Positions 10,266 through 19,689 are shown, numbered from the stretch's first letter. The stretch is DNA of 64,000 bases from an uncultured Methanosarcinales archaeon (GCA_964351975.1 CAYGPK010000003.1:91617-155616), one strand, 5' to 3'. Numbers and translations are program-made. The notes: a model not told the origin generated them from the sequence alone.

Positions 10266-11431
10266 TTTCTACTTCCTTTCCAGTTAATTATTGGTTTAAT
10301 ATGACTTATTATTTTAACTGAGTCTTTTTGTTTTTCCATAACATCATAGATGTTTTTATACGCCTTTGGCGCTTCGTCTAATGTTCCATTTTCAATTGTT
10401 CCTGTAATTCCTTTCATACTGTCTTTAAATTCTTTCATAGTAATTGTTTTCTTTGCCTCTGTTCTACTTAAAATCCTTCCTGCTCCGTGGGATGAACTTT
10501 CTAAAAATTCTTTATTTCCTAAACCCTCAACTAGAAAACAACCATCACGCATGTTAGCTGGAATTACTCCATGCTCTCCTTTTTTAGCAGGAGTTGCACC
10601 TTTACGATGTGTGAAATTTCCATTTTCAAAGATAGCGTGGTTATGGTTTTTGTTTGTCCATAGTTCAAAATTAATTGTTTCATTTTCAAAGATTTCTCTT
10701 AAAACTTTAATTACTTTATTTGCCATTTCAAGTCTGTTAAGTAGAGCAAATTCAAGTCCAAATTCTAAAATATTTAAATATTCTTTTCCTAATTGCGAAT
10801 CATATTTTATAGGGTATGTATCTTCGTAATCCTTATCTTTATTTGAAACTTGTTTCATATAATGAGTTGCAACAGTGTGACCAACTCCACGTGATCCACT
10901 ATGAATTACAAGCCATAATTCTTTATCTTTGCTTTCTCCTATTTCAATAAAGTGATTTCCATCACCTAAACTTCCTAAATGTGATAATGCTTTGTTTTTT
11001 AGAAATTTGTAAACTTGCGGATTATATTCTTTTTCTTTAAATTTATTTAAGAGTTCTTTAAATTTTTCTTTAGTCTCATTTGAGATATTTTGGGTATGAT
11101 TAACTTTACCCATTCCCATTGGAATTTCTTCTTTAACTTTATCAAATATTTTTTTAGAGTTTTTCTTTATTTTTTCTAATAATTTGTTATCTAATTTACA
11201 AGCAATCATCCCGCAACCTATATCATATCCAACCCATGCTGGAACTAAGAAATCTTTAGTTACAAGAACAGAACCAATTGGTGCAACATATCCACTATGA
11301 GCATCAGGCATAAGAGATGCTTTAATAACAAAATCCCACTTACAACAGTGTTCAAATTGAGAAATAGTATTTTCATCAGGGTCAATTGCAAAGTTTGTAA
11401 TTTGCTTATTCATAAAATTGTTAAGAAGCAT
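10262..11431 (-). CDS. rtcB: RNA 3'-phosphate ligase RtcB
   Basis: PDAHSGY, GYDIGCGM, GDGNHFIE, HSGSRGVGH and SSSHGAGR motifs. At 389 aa it is closer to the compact bacterial size than to typical archaeal RtcB. Confidence 0.9.
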   Translation of the reverse strand: MLLNNFMNKQITNFAIDPDENTISQFEHCCKWDFVIKASLMPDAHSGYVAPIGSVLVTKDFLVPAWVGYDIGCGMIACKLDNKLLEKIKKNSKKIFDKVKEEIPMGMGKVNHTQNISNETKEKFKELLNKFKEKEYNPQVYKFLKNKALSHLGSLGDGNHFIEIGESKDKELWLVIHSGSRGVGHTVATHYMKQVSNKDKDYEDTYPIKYDSQLGKEYLNILEFGLEFALLNRLEMANKVIKVLREIFENETINFELWTNKNHNHAIFENGNFTHRKGATPAKKGEHGVIPANMRDGCFLVEGLGNKEFLESSSHGAGRILSRTEAKKTITMKEFKDSMKGITGTIENGTLDEAPKAYKNIYDVMEKQKDSVKIISHIKPIINWKGSRN

Positions 11432-11453
11432 TAATTAATAAAGGTTAGGAAAT

Positions 11454-11999
11454 TTATTTTCCAAAAATAGGTCCAAATAAACTTCTCCAAAAACCTTTTC
11501 TTTCTACAAGTTTAGTTTCTTCGTCTTGAGTATTTTTTTCTTCAAATCTTTGAACAACTTTAATACTTTCAAAATTTCTTTCTTTACCAATTTTTTTTAA
11601 GTATTCAATTTGTTCGTCAGTTATAGCTGCTTCTTCTTTGTAACCAGTTTTCACAATATAAAATGTAACGGTATAAGTTTGGTTTACTGGATTCATTATG
11701 ACTAATCTTGCTTCATCAAGTGGAAATATTGGTTTACCCTCAAATTCATTCTTTCCTTCTCTAATATCATCTCTAAAGCTATAAGCAGCTTGTTCATATT
11801 CTAAGTATCTCTTAAACTTATTATCATCTTTAGCAAATTTTGGATCTCCTATCTCGTCTCTGCTATAGGTAATTTCGAATATTTTAAGAACCGTAGGGTT
11901 TTTATCTTTATAATGTTGTAAAATTTCAGGAAAACTAAAATATAAAAGATGTGTATTAAGTCCTGTATTTGTTTTCATTTCTTCTGCTGTATTTGTCAT
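11454..11999 (-). CDS. hypothetical protein (first gene of the rtcB transcription unit)
   Basis: 181-aa ORF with a TATA box exactly 22 nt upstream of its ATG. No motif recognised. Confidence 0.5.
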   Translation of the reverse strand: MTNTAEEMKTNTGLNTHLLYFSFPEILQHYKDKNPTVLKIFEITYSRDEIGDPKFAKDDNKFKRYLEYEQAAYSFRDDIREGKNEFEGKPIFPLDEARLVIMNPVNQTYTVTFYIVKTGYKEEAAITDEQIEYLKKIGKERNFESIKVVQRFEEKNTQDEETKLVERKGFWRSLFGPIFGK

Positions 12000-12020
12000 A
12001 TTATTCTTTAATTTTTATTA

Positions 12021-12028
12021 TTTATAAA
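12021..12028 (-). promoter_or_regulatory. TATA box (TTTATAAA) for the 181-aa gene / rtcB unit
   Basis: 22 nt from minus-strand ATG 11999. Confidence 0.55.
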
Positions 12029-12070
12029 CTTTATTAAGTAAGTAAAATTTTATTTTTAATATTAAAGCAA

Positions 12071-12078
12071 TTTATAAA
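12071..12078 (+). promoter_or_regulatory. TATA box (TTTATAAA) for recQ
   Basis: Ends 23 nt before ATG 12101. Confidence 0.55.
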
Positions 12079-12100
12079 GTCAAATGATTTATTAATTTTA

Positions 12101-13759
12101 ATGAAGGATTTGTTAAAGAAATATTTTGGTTATGATGAATTTAGAGAAGGTCAATTAGAAATTATTAATAATGTTTTAGATAAAAAAGATACTCTAGTTC
12201 TTATGCCAACTGGAGGTGGAAAATCTATTTGTTATCAAATTCCAGCACTTAAATTTAAAGGTTTAACAATAGTTATTTCGCCACTTATTTCTTTAATGAA
12301 AGATCAAGTTGATGCACTTCAGCTAAATGGAATTAAAGCTGAGTACATAAATTCTACATTATCACCAAATGAGATTAAAGATATAGAGAATAGAATTAGA
12401 AGTAAAAAAGTTAAACTTTTGTATGTTGCACCTGAGAGACTTGCATTAAAGGATTTTAAATTGTTTTTACAAGAAATTGATATAAGTTTAATTGCTGTTG
12501 ATGAGGCTCATTGTATTTCAGAGTGGGGTCACGATTTTAGGAAAGAGTATGCTAATTTAAAATATTTAAAAAAGACATTTGTAAGTGTTCCAATAATTGC
12601 GCTTACTGCAACAGCAACTTCTAAAGTTAAAGATGATATTTTAAAACAACTAAATTTGTTTGAACCTAAAGTTTTTGTTTCAAGTTTTGATAGGGAGAAT
12701 TTAAATTTAATAATTCGTGATAAGAAAAATTCTTTTGCACAAATTCTTGCACTTGTTGAGAAGAACAAAGATGAGCCAATTATTATTTATTGCCATTCTA
12801 GAAAAGATACTAAAACATTAGTTGATGGATTAAAAAAATATGGATTTAAGGCAGTTCAATATCACGCTGGTTTATCTGCTAAAGTTCGTGAGAACAATCA
12901 AGAGATGTTTATTAAAGATAGAGTTAATATTGTTGTTGCAACTATTGCATTTGGAATGGGAATTGATAAATCAAATGTTAGACTTGTTATTCATAACACT
13001 TTTTCAAAATCAGTTGAGAGTTATTATCAAGAAATAGGTAGAGCAGGACGTGATGGACTTTCAAGTGATTGTATTTTATTTTATTCACAAGGTGATAAGA
13101 GAAAGCACGATTTTTTTATTAATTTAATTTCAAATGCTTCAACACGAAAGAGTTCAAGTATTAAACTTAATGAGATGATTGATTATTGTGAAGGTTCAGT
13201 TTGTCGTAGAAAATATTTGCTTGAATACTTTGGACAAGAATACAATGAAATTAATTGTGGTAGTTGTGATGTTTGTTTGGGACTGCCTTCAGTAAGTAAA
13301 GATGTTGCTTCTGTTAAAGAATTTAAGAAAAGAGTATCTTATGATAAAGAGCTTTTTGATGAGTTAAAGGTTCTTAGAAAAAGTATAGGTTTTGAGAAAG
13401 ATATATCTTTATCAAATATATTCTCTGATGTGACTCTACGTGAAATTGCTAAAGTGTATCCAAGAACTGAATCTGAATTTGTTAAAGTTGCTGGTGTTAC
13501 AGAGCAGAAGTTGAAAGATTTTGGAGAAGATTTTTTAATTTTAATTAATGAATATGTAGAAATAAATGAAATTGCTATTCGTATGAGGGAGAGTGAAATT
13601 AAGGAAAAACCTGTAAAGAAGAAAGTTACTAAAAAGAAATACACTAAGAAGTATAGTAAGAAAACTACAAAGAAGTATAGTAAGACAAAGTATGCTAAAA
13701 AGAAAACTGTAAAGAAGGTAACTAAGAAGAAAGTTATAAAGAAAAAGATAGGGAAATAA
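12101..13759 (+). CDS. recQ: RecQ-family DNA helicase (Zn-binding + HRDC, no RQC winged helix, Lys-rich tail)
   Basis: YFGYDEFREGQ, MPTGGGKSICYQIPA, DEAHCISEWGHDFR, the Zn cluster C..CRRKYLL..CGSCDVC, an HRDC-like segment (FDELKVLRKSI...REIAKVYP) and a ~48-aa K-rich tail. Confidence 0.9.
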   Translation: MKDLLKKYFGYDEFREGQLEIINNVLDKKDTLVLMPTGGGKSICYQIPALKFKGLTIVISPLISLMKDQVDALQLNGIKAEYINSTLSPNEIKDIENRIRSKKVKLLYVAPERLALKDFKLFLQEIDISLIAVDEAHCISEWGHDFRKEYANLKYLKKTFVSVPIIALTATATSKVKDDILKQLNLFEPKVFVSSFDRENLNLIIRDKKNSFAQILALVEKNKDEPIIIYCHSRKDTKTLVDGLKKYGFKAVQYHAGLSAKVRENNQEMFIKDRVNIVVATIAFGMGIDKSNVRLVIHNTFSKSVESYYQEIGRAGRDGLSSDCILFYSQGDKRKHDFFINLISNASTRKSSSIKLNEMIDYCEGSVCRRKYLLEYFGQEYNEINCGSCDVCLGLPSVSKDVASVKEFKKRVSYDKELFDELKVLRKSIGFEKDISLSNIFSDVTLREIAKVYPRTESEFVKVAGVTEQKLKDFGEDFLILINEYVEINEIAIRMRESEIKEKPVKKKVTKKKYTKKYSKKTTKKYSKTKYAKKKTVKKVTKKKVIKKKIGK

Positions 13760-13841
13760 TAATCTATTTTTCAACAAATAACACTAAACTCTCAAAAAAT
13801 TTAAGAAATTTTTAGATCATTTACTTATTTATAACCAAATA

Positions 13842-13849
13842 TTTATATA
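13842..13849 (+). promoter_or_regulatory. TATA box (TTTATATA) for the UvrD-like helicase
   Basis: Ends 22 nt before ATG 13871. Confidence 0.55.
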
Positions 13850-13870
13850 AACTAATTTAGATATTTTAAT

Positions 13871-16030
13871 ATGAGTGGACAAGAACATATTGCAATTCTA
13901 AAATCTTTTGATGATTTGAAGTTTAACGTTGGTAGAAAGACTTTAATGGATTTTATTAAGGGCGATCCTAATTCAACAATTGAGAGAAATAGTATGGATG
14001 AACTTGACTCTTATGGATGTTTGTATATGCTCTCTAAAGGTGAAATTGCAAATTTAATTACGCAATTGATAAAGAACAACTATTTGCAAGAAAGTGTTGT
14101 TGGAAATGGTTTTAACGTAATTATTAGAACACCGCAAGGTACTAAAGAAATCTTTGAGAAAAAATTCAATTGTAAAATAGGTGATTCATCTGATTTTAAA
14201 TTTGAAGTAGATTTTAATATTTCAAAAGTAACTGATAAGGATAGAGAGATTTTCTCAACATTTGATTTTTTTTTAAGTAAATACAATGAAGAGCAAAAAA
14301 AAGCAATTATCTCAGCAGAGAATAATATCTTATGTATAGCGGGTGCTGGTTCAGGTAAGACAACAGTTTTAACGAAACGAATTCAGTTTTTAAAAAAGTT
14401 TAAATCAATTTCTGAGAGGAAAATTCTTGCAATAACTTTTACAAGAAAAGCTAAAGAGGAAATGGAGCATAGATTAAATGAACTTGAGATTAATGATGTT
14501 AAAGTTGAGACTTTTAATTCTTTTTGTGAAGGAATTTTACGAAAACATTCACATTTAGTCTATGATGATAAAGAAGTTAGAGTTGCAAAGTATAGAGACA
14601 AAATTGAAGTAGTTAACAATTCAATGAAGTCACTTGGAATTTCTTTTGAGAATTTTTATGATGATTATTTTAACAAGAGGCAGTTAAAGGAAAAATCAAG
14701 AGATGAGCTTTTTTTTATTTTTGTAAATGATGTATTTACCGTAATTGATTATTTTAAAAACTTAGAATTAGATATAAAACCTTTTTATGAAAAAGAAAGA
14801 AATTCTACAAAGAAGAGAATTGCAAAAATTGTTCATGATGTTGCGAAGAAAGCGTTTAGCAAATTAAAGGAAAAAAATCTAAGAGATTTCTCAGATCAAA
14901 TTATTGATACACTAGAACTTTTTAGAAAGAACAAAAATGTAATTCCAGAGTATGAACATATTTTAGTTGATGAGTATCAAGATGTTAATTTAGTTCAGTA
15001 TGAATTATTAAAGATTTTAAAATCAAAAAATATGTTTGTTGTTGGAGATCCAAGGCAAGCAATTTATGGATGGCGTGGTTCTGATGTTAACTTTATTTTG
15101 AATTTTCCAAAAGATTTTAAAGATACACTTGTTGTTTCATTAAAGAAAAATTACAGGTCATTAAAGCAAATTGTTGAGTTTGCAAATTTGAGTGTGAAGA
15201 GTGTTGGGCTTTCAGATTTAGAAAGCTTTGATGAGTCAAAAGAAAAAGTTAATAATATTTTTCTAGTTGAACAGGATAATGAATTACTAGAGAGAAGATT
15301 TGTTCTTGAGGCTATTAAAAATTCTTCAAATCCACGAAATGAGATTTTTGTTCTTGCAAGAACAAATAGAATACTTGAGAATTACGCTGACTTTTTTGGA
15401 CAAAACGGAGTTTCTTATACTATTAAATCAGAAGAGGAATATACACGAGGGAAAGTGAAAGGTGAAGTAGGAGAGGGAGAGGTGATTCTTGCAACTGTTC
15501 ATTCAATTAAAGGAATGGAAGCTAAAGAAGTTTATTTAGTTTCTTGTAATAGTTTATCTTTTCCAAATAAAGTTCAAGATAATTTTGTTCTCTCACTTAT
15601 GAAAGAAGGGGATGATTATGATAAAGAGGCTGAAGAGCTTAGACTTTTCTATGTTGCAATAACAAGAGCTAAAGAAAAATTAGTTATTACATATACTGGT
15701 AATTATTCTAAATTTGTAACAAGTGAAATGTTAAATTTTTTATCTTTTAAAGAGAAGAATAAAAAACTATTTGAATTTGGAGACAAACATAAAACAACTA
15801 ATTTGAGTAATTCAAATTCTACTGTTTTAAAGAATATGATTAAGAGTTGGAGAGCAGAGATTTCAGATAGTACTGGTCTTCCAAGTTATATGGTAATTTC
15901 AAATAAGGCAATTGAGGATTTGGTATCTCAGAGACCAAGTAATAAAGTAGAACTTTTAAATGTTAATGGATTAGGTGGTTCTAAAATTGCAAAGTATGGT
16001 GAAGAGATTTTACGAATTATTAATGGGTAA
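13871..16030 (+). CDS. UvrD/PcrA-type SF1 helicase with N-terminal RQC-like winged helix and C-terminal HRDC domain
   Basis: SF1 motifs AGAGSGKTT, ILVDEYQDVN, VGDPRQAIYGWRGS, NYRS, TVHSIKGMEA, FYVAITRAKEKL. The N-terminus GRKTLMDFIKGDPNSTI...YGCLYMLSKGEIANLITQLIKNNYL parallels the RecQ RQC-WH. The C-terminus LPSYMVISNKAIEDLVSQRP is HRDC-like. Confidence 0.85.
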   Translation: MSGQEHIAILKSFDDLKFNVGRKTLMDFIKGDPNSTIERNSMDELDSYGCLYMLSKGEIANLITQLIKNNYLQESVVGNGFNVIIRTPQGTKEIFEKKFNCKIGDSSDFKFEVDFNISKVTDKDREIFSTFDFFLSKYNEEQKKAIISAENNILCIAGAGSGKTTVLTKRIQFLKKFKSISERKILAITFTRKAKEEMEHRLNELEINDVKVETFNSFCEGILRKHSHLVYDDKEVRVAKYRDKIEVVNNSMKSLGISFENFYDDYFNKRQLKEKSRDELFFIFVNDVFTVIDYFKNLELDIKPFYEKERNSTKKRIAKIVHDVAKKAFSKLKEKNLRDFSDQIIDTLELFRKNKNVIPEYEHILVDEYQDVNLVQYELLKILKSKNMFVVGDPRQAIYGWRGSDVNFILNFPKDFKDTLVVSLKKNYRSLKQIVEFANLSVKSVGLSDLESFDESKEKVNNIFLVEQDNELLERRFVLEAIKNSSNPRNEIFVLARTNRILENYADFFGQNGVSYTIKSEEEYTRGKVKGEVGEGEVILATVHSIKGMEAKEVYLVSCNSLSFPNKVQDNFVLSLMKEGDDYDKEAEELRLFYVAITRAKEKLVITYTGNYSKFVTSEMLNFLSFKEKNKKLFEFGDKHKTTNLSNSNSTVLKNMIKSWRAEISDSTGLPSYMVISNKAIEDLVSQRPSNKVELLNVNGLGGSKIAKYGEEILRIING

Positions 16031-16084
16031 TATATTAGTTTATGTTTAATTAGAATTAATTAATTTAGAATTTAAAAAATAAGT

Positions 16085-16351
16085 TTATTTTTTAGAAGCT
16101 GTTTTAGCTTCTTTTACAACTTTAGTTGTTGTTGTTTTTTTTTTAGAAACTTTAACTTTCTTTTCAGTAGATGGAGCTTCTCCTTTTACAAAGGCTTTGG
16201 TCCATTTGAATTTTCTTGCATCTCTTTTTAGTTTAAGCATATTGTTTTCACATTTACTTGAACAAAAATTTAAGATGATTCCATTATCTTTAACAAAAAT
16301 TTTTCCAGAACCCTTTTTAATTTCAGATCCACAAAAACTACAAACAACCAT
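16085..16351 (-). CDS. rpl24e: ribosomal protein L24e
   Basis: CSFCGSEIKKGSG...FCSSKC zinc-ribbon N-terminus typical of eL24, with a Lys-rich tail. Confidence 0.9.
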   Translation of the reverse strand: MVVCSFCGSEIKKGSGKIFVKDNGIILNFCSSKCENNMLKLKRDARKFKWTKAFVKGEAPSTEKKVKVSKKKTTTTKVVKEAKTASKK

Positions 16352-16605
16352 TATTTAGAACCCCCAGTTGTAGCAGTTTTTTTGAAAATTTTTCTTGCTT
16401 CATACTCTGTCTCAGTCATCATTAGAACATCTCCTACTCTAATTGGACCACGAACATTTCTTGTAATTATTTTTCCTTCATCTCGTCCTGCAAGAACTTT
16501 TACTCTAACTTGTGTTACACCACCTTTAGCACTTGCATTTCCTACAATTGTCTCAACAATTCCAGGAAGACTATCTGAGGAAATAGTTTTTTTTTCTTTT
16601 GCCAT
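16351..16605 (-). CDS. rps28e: ribosomal protein S28e
   Basis: GVTQVRVKVL...GRDEGKIITRNVRGPIRVGDVLMMTETEYEARK is the eS28 signature. Confidence 0.9.
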   Translation of the reverse strand: MAKEKKTISSDSLPGIVETIVGNASAKGGVTQVRVKVLAGRDEGKIITRNVRGPIRVGDVLMMTETEYEARKIFKKTATTGGSK

Positions 16606-16628
16606 TTTTATTTATATGTAAAAGATAT

Positions 16629-17060
16629 TTATTCAGATTTCTCTTCTGTTTCAGCTTCTTCTTTAACTGGTTCTTCTTCTTTAGCTTCTTTTACAGGAGC
16701 TTCTTCTTTTTTAGCTGGCGCTTCTTTTTTCTCAGAAGTCATTGATTTCTCAAGTAATTCTAATTCTTTTTTAGCTGCTCCAGCATCAATTACTGCAATT
16801 GCTGTTGTTGTTTTAATTCCAACTGCTGCACCTAATTCGGATTTAGTTCCAATTGCTGCATATAAAGATTTCATTTCTTTACATAATCCACCTAAGTGAG
16901 CAACAATTTCAGCAGGACTAACATCAGTTGCGTTTACAACTAATTTTGCTTGTCCTCTTTCAATTGCTTTTGTTACTTCATTTACTCCAATTCTAATTGA
17001 ACCGGATTCTTTTGCTTTTTGAATAATTGAAAAAATTTGTTTTTCATCGATTTCTACCAT
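16629..17060 (-). CDS. rpl7ae: ribosomal protein L7Ae (K-turn binding) with acidic/Lys-rich C-terminal extension
   Basis: GVNEVTKAIERGQAKLVVNATDVSPAEIVAHL is the L7Ae/L30e core. It is the first gene of the conserved L7Ae-S28e-L24e operon. Confidence 0.9.
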   Translation of the reverse strand: MVEIDEKQIFSIIQKAKESGSIRIGVNEVTKAIERGQAKLVVNATDVSPAEIVAHLGGLCKEMKSLYAAIGTKSELGAAVGIKTTTAIAVIDAGAAKKELELLEKSMTSEKKEAPAKKEEAPVKEAKEEEPVKEEAETEEKSE

Positions 17061-17199
17061 TTTTCTTACTTTGTACGAAAAATTAAGAAATTCTTGCGAA
17101 TTTCTCGACTAACAAACACAATGTGTTTTATTAGTACCATTTTTAGTATCATTAATCTCAAGACTTTCGTATTGATTAATATGAATGAATGAATTTGTG

Positions 17200-17207
17200 T
17201 TTATAAA
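17200..17207 (-). promoter_or_regulatory. TATA box (TTTATAAA) for the L7Ae operon, implying a ~115-nt leader
   Basis: It is the only TATA-like box upstream of ATG 17060. There is no ATG 22 nt downstream of it. Confidence 0.4.
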
Positions 17208-17226
17208 TTAATTGTTTAGATTTGTT

Positions 17227-17670
17227 TTATTTTGTTACTTCATCTTTTAATATTTTATAAACTCTTTTTACAATATGTTCTTTGTAAGTTTTTCCAAAAG
17301 CATCAAGTGTTATTTGAATAGGTATTAAACTATAAGCAAAAGCAATTTGTAAATCTTCTTCAGTTAAATCCTCTTCTGAGGTTATAATTTCTTCTAATTT
17401 TTCACAAAACCTTCTTTTAACACCATTAAACAAACTAGTATCATTATGAAAAGTAGATTTATTTGTAGTACCTTCTCCATACCGCAATCGCAGTATAGGA
17501 ACTTCATTATAATCTTTATCACTAAGTCTATCGATATTACAAACATATGTATACATTAAACCATGAATTAACCGAATTTCACCTTTTTCATCCTCGGGCA
17601 AATTGTCTATATCTTCTTTAGAGAGAATTTGCGGAGTTTCTCTAATTAAACTCCCAAGATTAACTTTCAT
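17227..17670 (-). CDS. hypothetical protein
   Basis: 147-aa ORF with no motif recognised. Confidence 0.45.
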   Translation of the reverse strand: MKVNLGSLIRETPQILSKEDIDNLPEDEKGEIRLIHGLMYTYVCNIDRLSDKDYNEVPILRLRYGEGTTNKSTFHNDTSLFNGVKRRFCEKLEEIITSEEDLTEEDLQIAFAYSLIPIQITLDAFGKTYKEHIVKRVYKILKDEVTK

Positions 17671-17763
17671 TACTTATTAATAGATATTTTTTATTTTATA
17701 AAATTATCTTTTTCTTATAGATCTTTTTTTAACAATATGTGGAATGATTCTAAAAAATTCTAA

Positions 17764-18519
17764 TTATCTGAAAAAGAATTCAAAGATGATTTTAAGTGAA
17801 CTTATTGCAAGAACAAGTATTACAATTGATTTAAAGTATTTGGATGACACTTTTCTTCGAACTAGGGCTCCAAGTCCAAAACCTACTAAAACCATAGATA
17901 CTAATTGCAGTGAAACAATGAATCCTTCAAAGGTAAAAAGTTCTTTAAACAAATAAATTGCAACAAGTAAAATATCTGAGAATATTAAAAAAGTTACAAG
18001 ACTTCCCATATATTTTTCTTTTGGATATTGATGATATAGTAAATACAATGAAGTTGGAATTGCATTAATTGTGAAAAGTCCAGTTAAAATTCCTGTAAAA
18101 AATCCAAATATTCCATTTTTTCTCTCAGATGGTATTTTCATTGTGTGTATATCAACTTTTTCAATTAAAAAGAAAATACCTATTAGAACTAGAATTGCAA
18201 ATACTAGTTTTAGAACTTCAGCACCTGTTATAGTTAATAGATAAGTTCCGATTAGAATTCCAAGAAATAGAGTCATAAGTGTTGTTGGATGAATGGTAAA
18301 ATTTTCTTTGAAATCTAATTTTACAAATTTTCTATTTTCAAAGTATAGTAAAATATCTAATATCACAAATAAAGGAACAAGTATTGGTAATAATTCAGTT
18401 GGTTTAAATCCTGCTTGTAGTAGAACTGAAATTAAAACAAGACTCAATCCAAACCCTACAAATCCTTTGATGAAACCTGCAAGTATTATAAATAAAATTA
18501 GATATAATGTTAATTCCAT
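17764..18519 (-). CDS. TauE/SafE (TSUP, DUF81) family membrane transporter
   Basis: 251 aa, ~8 TM helices, N-terminal FIKGFVGFGLSLV motif typical of DUF81. Confidence 0.7.
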   Translation of the reverse strand: MELTLYLILFIILAGFIKGFVGFGLSLVLISVLLQAGFKPTELLPILVPLFVILDILLYFENRKFVKLDFKENFTIHPTTLMTLFLGILIGTYLLTITGAEVLKLVFAILVLIGIFFLIEKVDIHTMKIPSERKNGIFGFFTGILTGLFTINAIPTSLYLLYHQYPKEKYMGSLVTFLIFSDILLVAIYLFKELFTFEGFIVSLQLVSMVLVGFGLGALVRRKVSSKYFKSIVILVLAISSLKIIFEFFFR

Positions 18520-18590
18520 TACTATTTTTGAATATTTTTTGTTTAAAATATATTGTAGTTATTAAAAAGTGAGAGAAGAAAATATTCTTT

Positions 18591-19091
18591 TCACATTCGA
18601 ATCCAATTTTGTTCATAGTATGTAACATCATTATCCTTGTCGACAATTGCAATTAATACATTTTTTCTTGTTGAGTGTGCAATTCTTGATTTTGATGCAA
18701 TTTCAGTTAAATTAATTTTATCTGTATCTTGAAACACTTTTAAAAGCCAAAAAGCATGTTCATCTTTTTTATTTTTTTTATCATAAACTCTAAAATCAAA
18801 ACCATATCTTAATCCACTTTTTAGATTATATCCTCTATCTTTTAGATCTTTATATACAAGGTAAACATTCAAATTAACTTTCTCTTTTTTAACAATTTCA
18901 TTAAAATTTATTATTTGATTTTTAGAATCAACGATTTCAAATTTTTCTTTTTGTAATAAATATAATGCTTCAAACACGTTTAAAGTAAATTTATTTTTAT
19001 CTATTTTTTCAGCAAAATTTTTAGAGCTTAATTTTTGAAAGATATTTTCTTCTATTAAAAAGAGTTTACCTAAGTATTGAATCTTATTCAT
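18591..19091 (-). CDS. endA: tRNA-splicing endonuclease (homotetramer-size EndA)
   Basis: LVYKDLKDRGYNLKSGLRYGFDFRVY ... HAFWLLKV, the C-terminal catalytic-domain pattern. 166 aa. Confidence 0.8.
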   Translation of the reverse strand: MNKIQYLGKLFLIEENIFQKLSSKNFAEKIDKNKFTLNVFEALYLLQKEKFEIVDSKNQIINFNEIVKKEKVNLNVYLVYKDLKDRGYNLKSGLRYGFDFRVYDKKNKKDEHAFWLLKVFQDTDKINLTEIASKSRIAHSTRKNVLIAIVDKDNDVTYYEQNWIRM

Positions 19092-19689
19092 CTTGTGTAT
19101 AAAAAATATCTCCTCTCAGCTGAGTTTCTTCAATTCTTATTAATTTATCTTCAAAGTTAATTAAAAGTTCATCATTATCTTTCATTTCGGAATAATAAAT
19201 TCCTCTTTGTAACTCTGAACCATCATAGAATATAATTTCATCATATTTGTTTAATTTATCAGCACTTTCTATTTCAAAGTAATAAGAATTATCAAATACA
19301 AAGATTTGTTTATCAAAGAAAAAAGTTATAATACTTTTATTCTCATTTATGTTTCTATGATTTAAATCTGTAACCTTTGCTCCAATATTATTTAGATTTA
19401 ATACTGATATTTTATCTGAGCCAATTATTGTTTCATTTTGATTATCAATTATCTGTTTTTCAGCAACTTTTTGAACTTCATCAATATCTTTTAGTAAATC
19501 TTTAGTTTGTTTCACATGTTCACCAATAGGATTTATATCTGATAGAACAATTCGACTAATTAATGACATTAGAACTAGCACCATAACTAGAAATAATATA
19601 AATACAACTGATAAGAAATAGTTTAATGCTGGTGGATTTCCTTTATGTTTTTTTGCCATTTGTGTCTCTATAAATTTAAAAGAAAACAT
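19084..19689 (-). CDS. membrane-anchored hypothetical protein
   Basis: One TM helix (FLSVVFILFLVMVLVLMSLI) followed by a soluble domain. The true start may be the internal MAKKHKG. Confidence 0.45.
   Translation of the reverse strand: MFSFKFIETQMAKKHKGNPPALNYFLSVVFILFLVMVLVLMSLISRIVLSDINPIGEHVKQTKDLLKDIDEVQKVAEKQIIDNQNETIIGSDKISVLNLNNIGAKVTDLNHRNINENKSIITFFFDKQIFVFDNSYYFEIESADKLNKYDEIIFYDGSELQRGIYYSEMKDNDELLINFEDKLIRIEETQLRGDIFYTQDE

Noticed and set aside
17061-17178. Canonical K-turn in the L7Ae leader
   Set aside because: Hairpins are present, but I could not place a 3-nt bulge followed by tandem sheared G.A pairs on opposing strands. Only the weaker claim of a structured long leader is reported.
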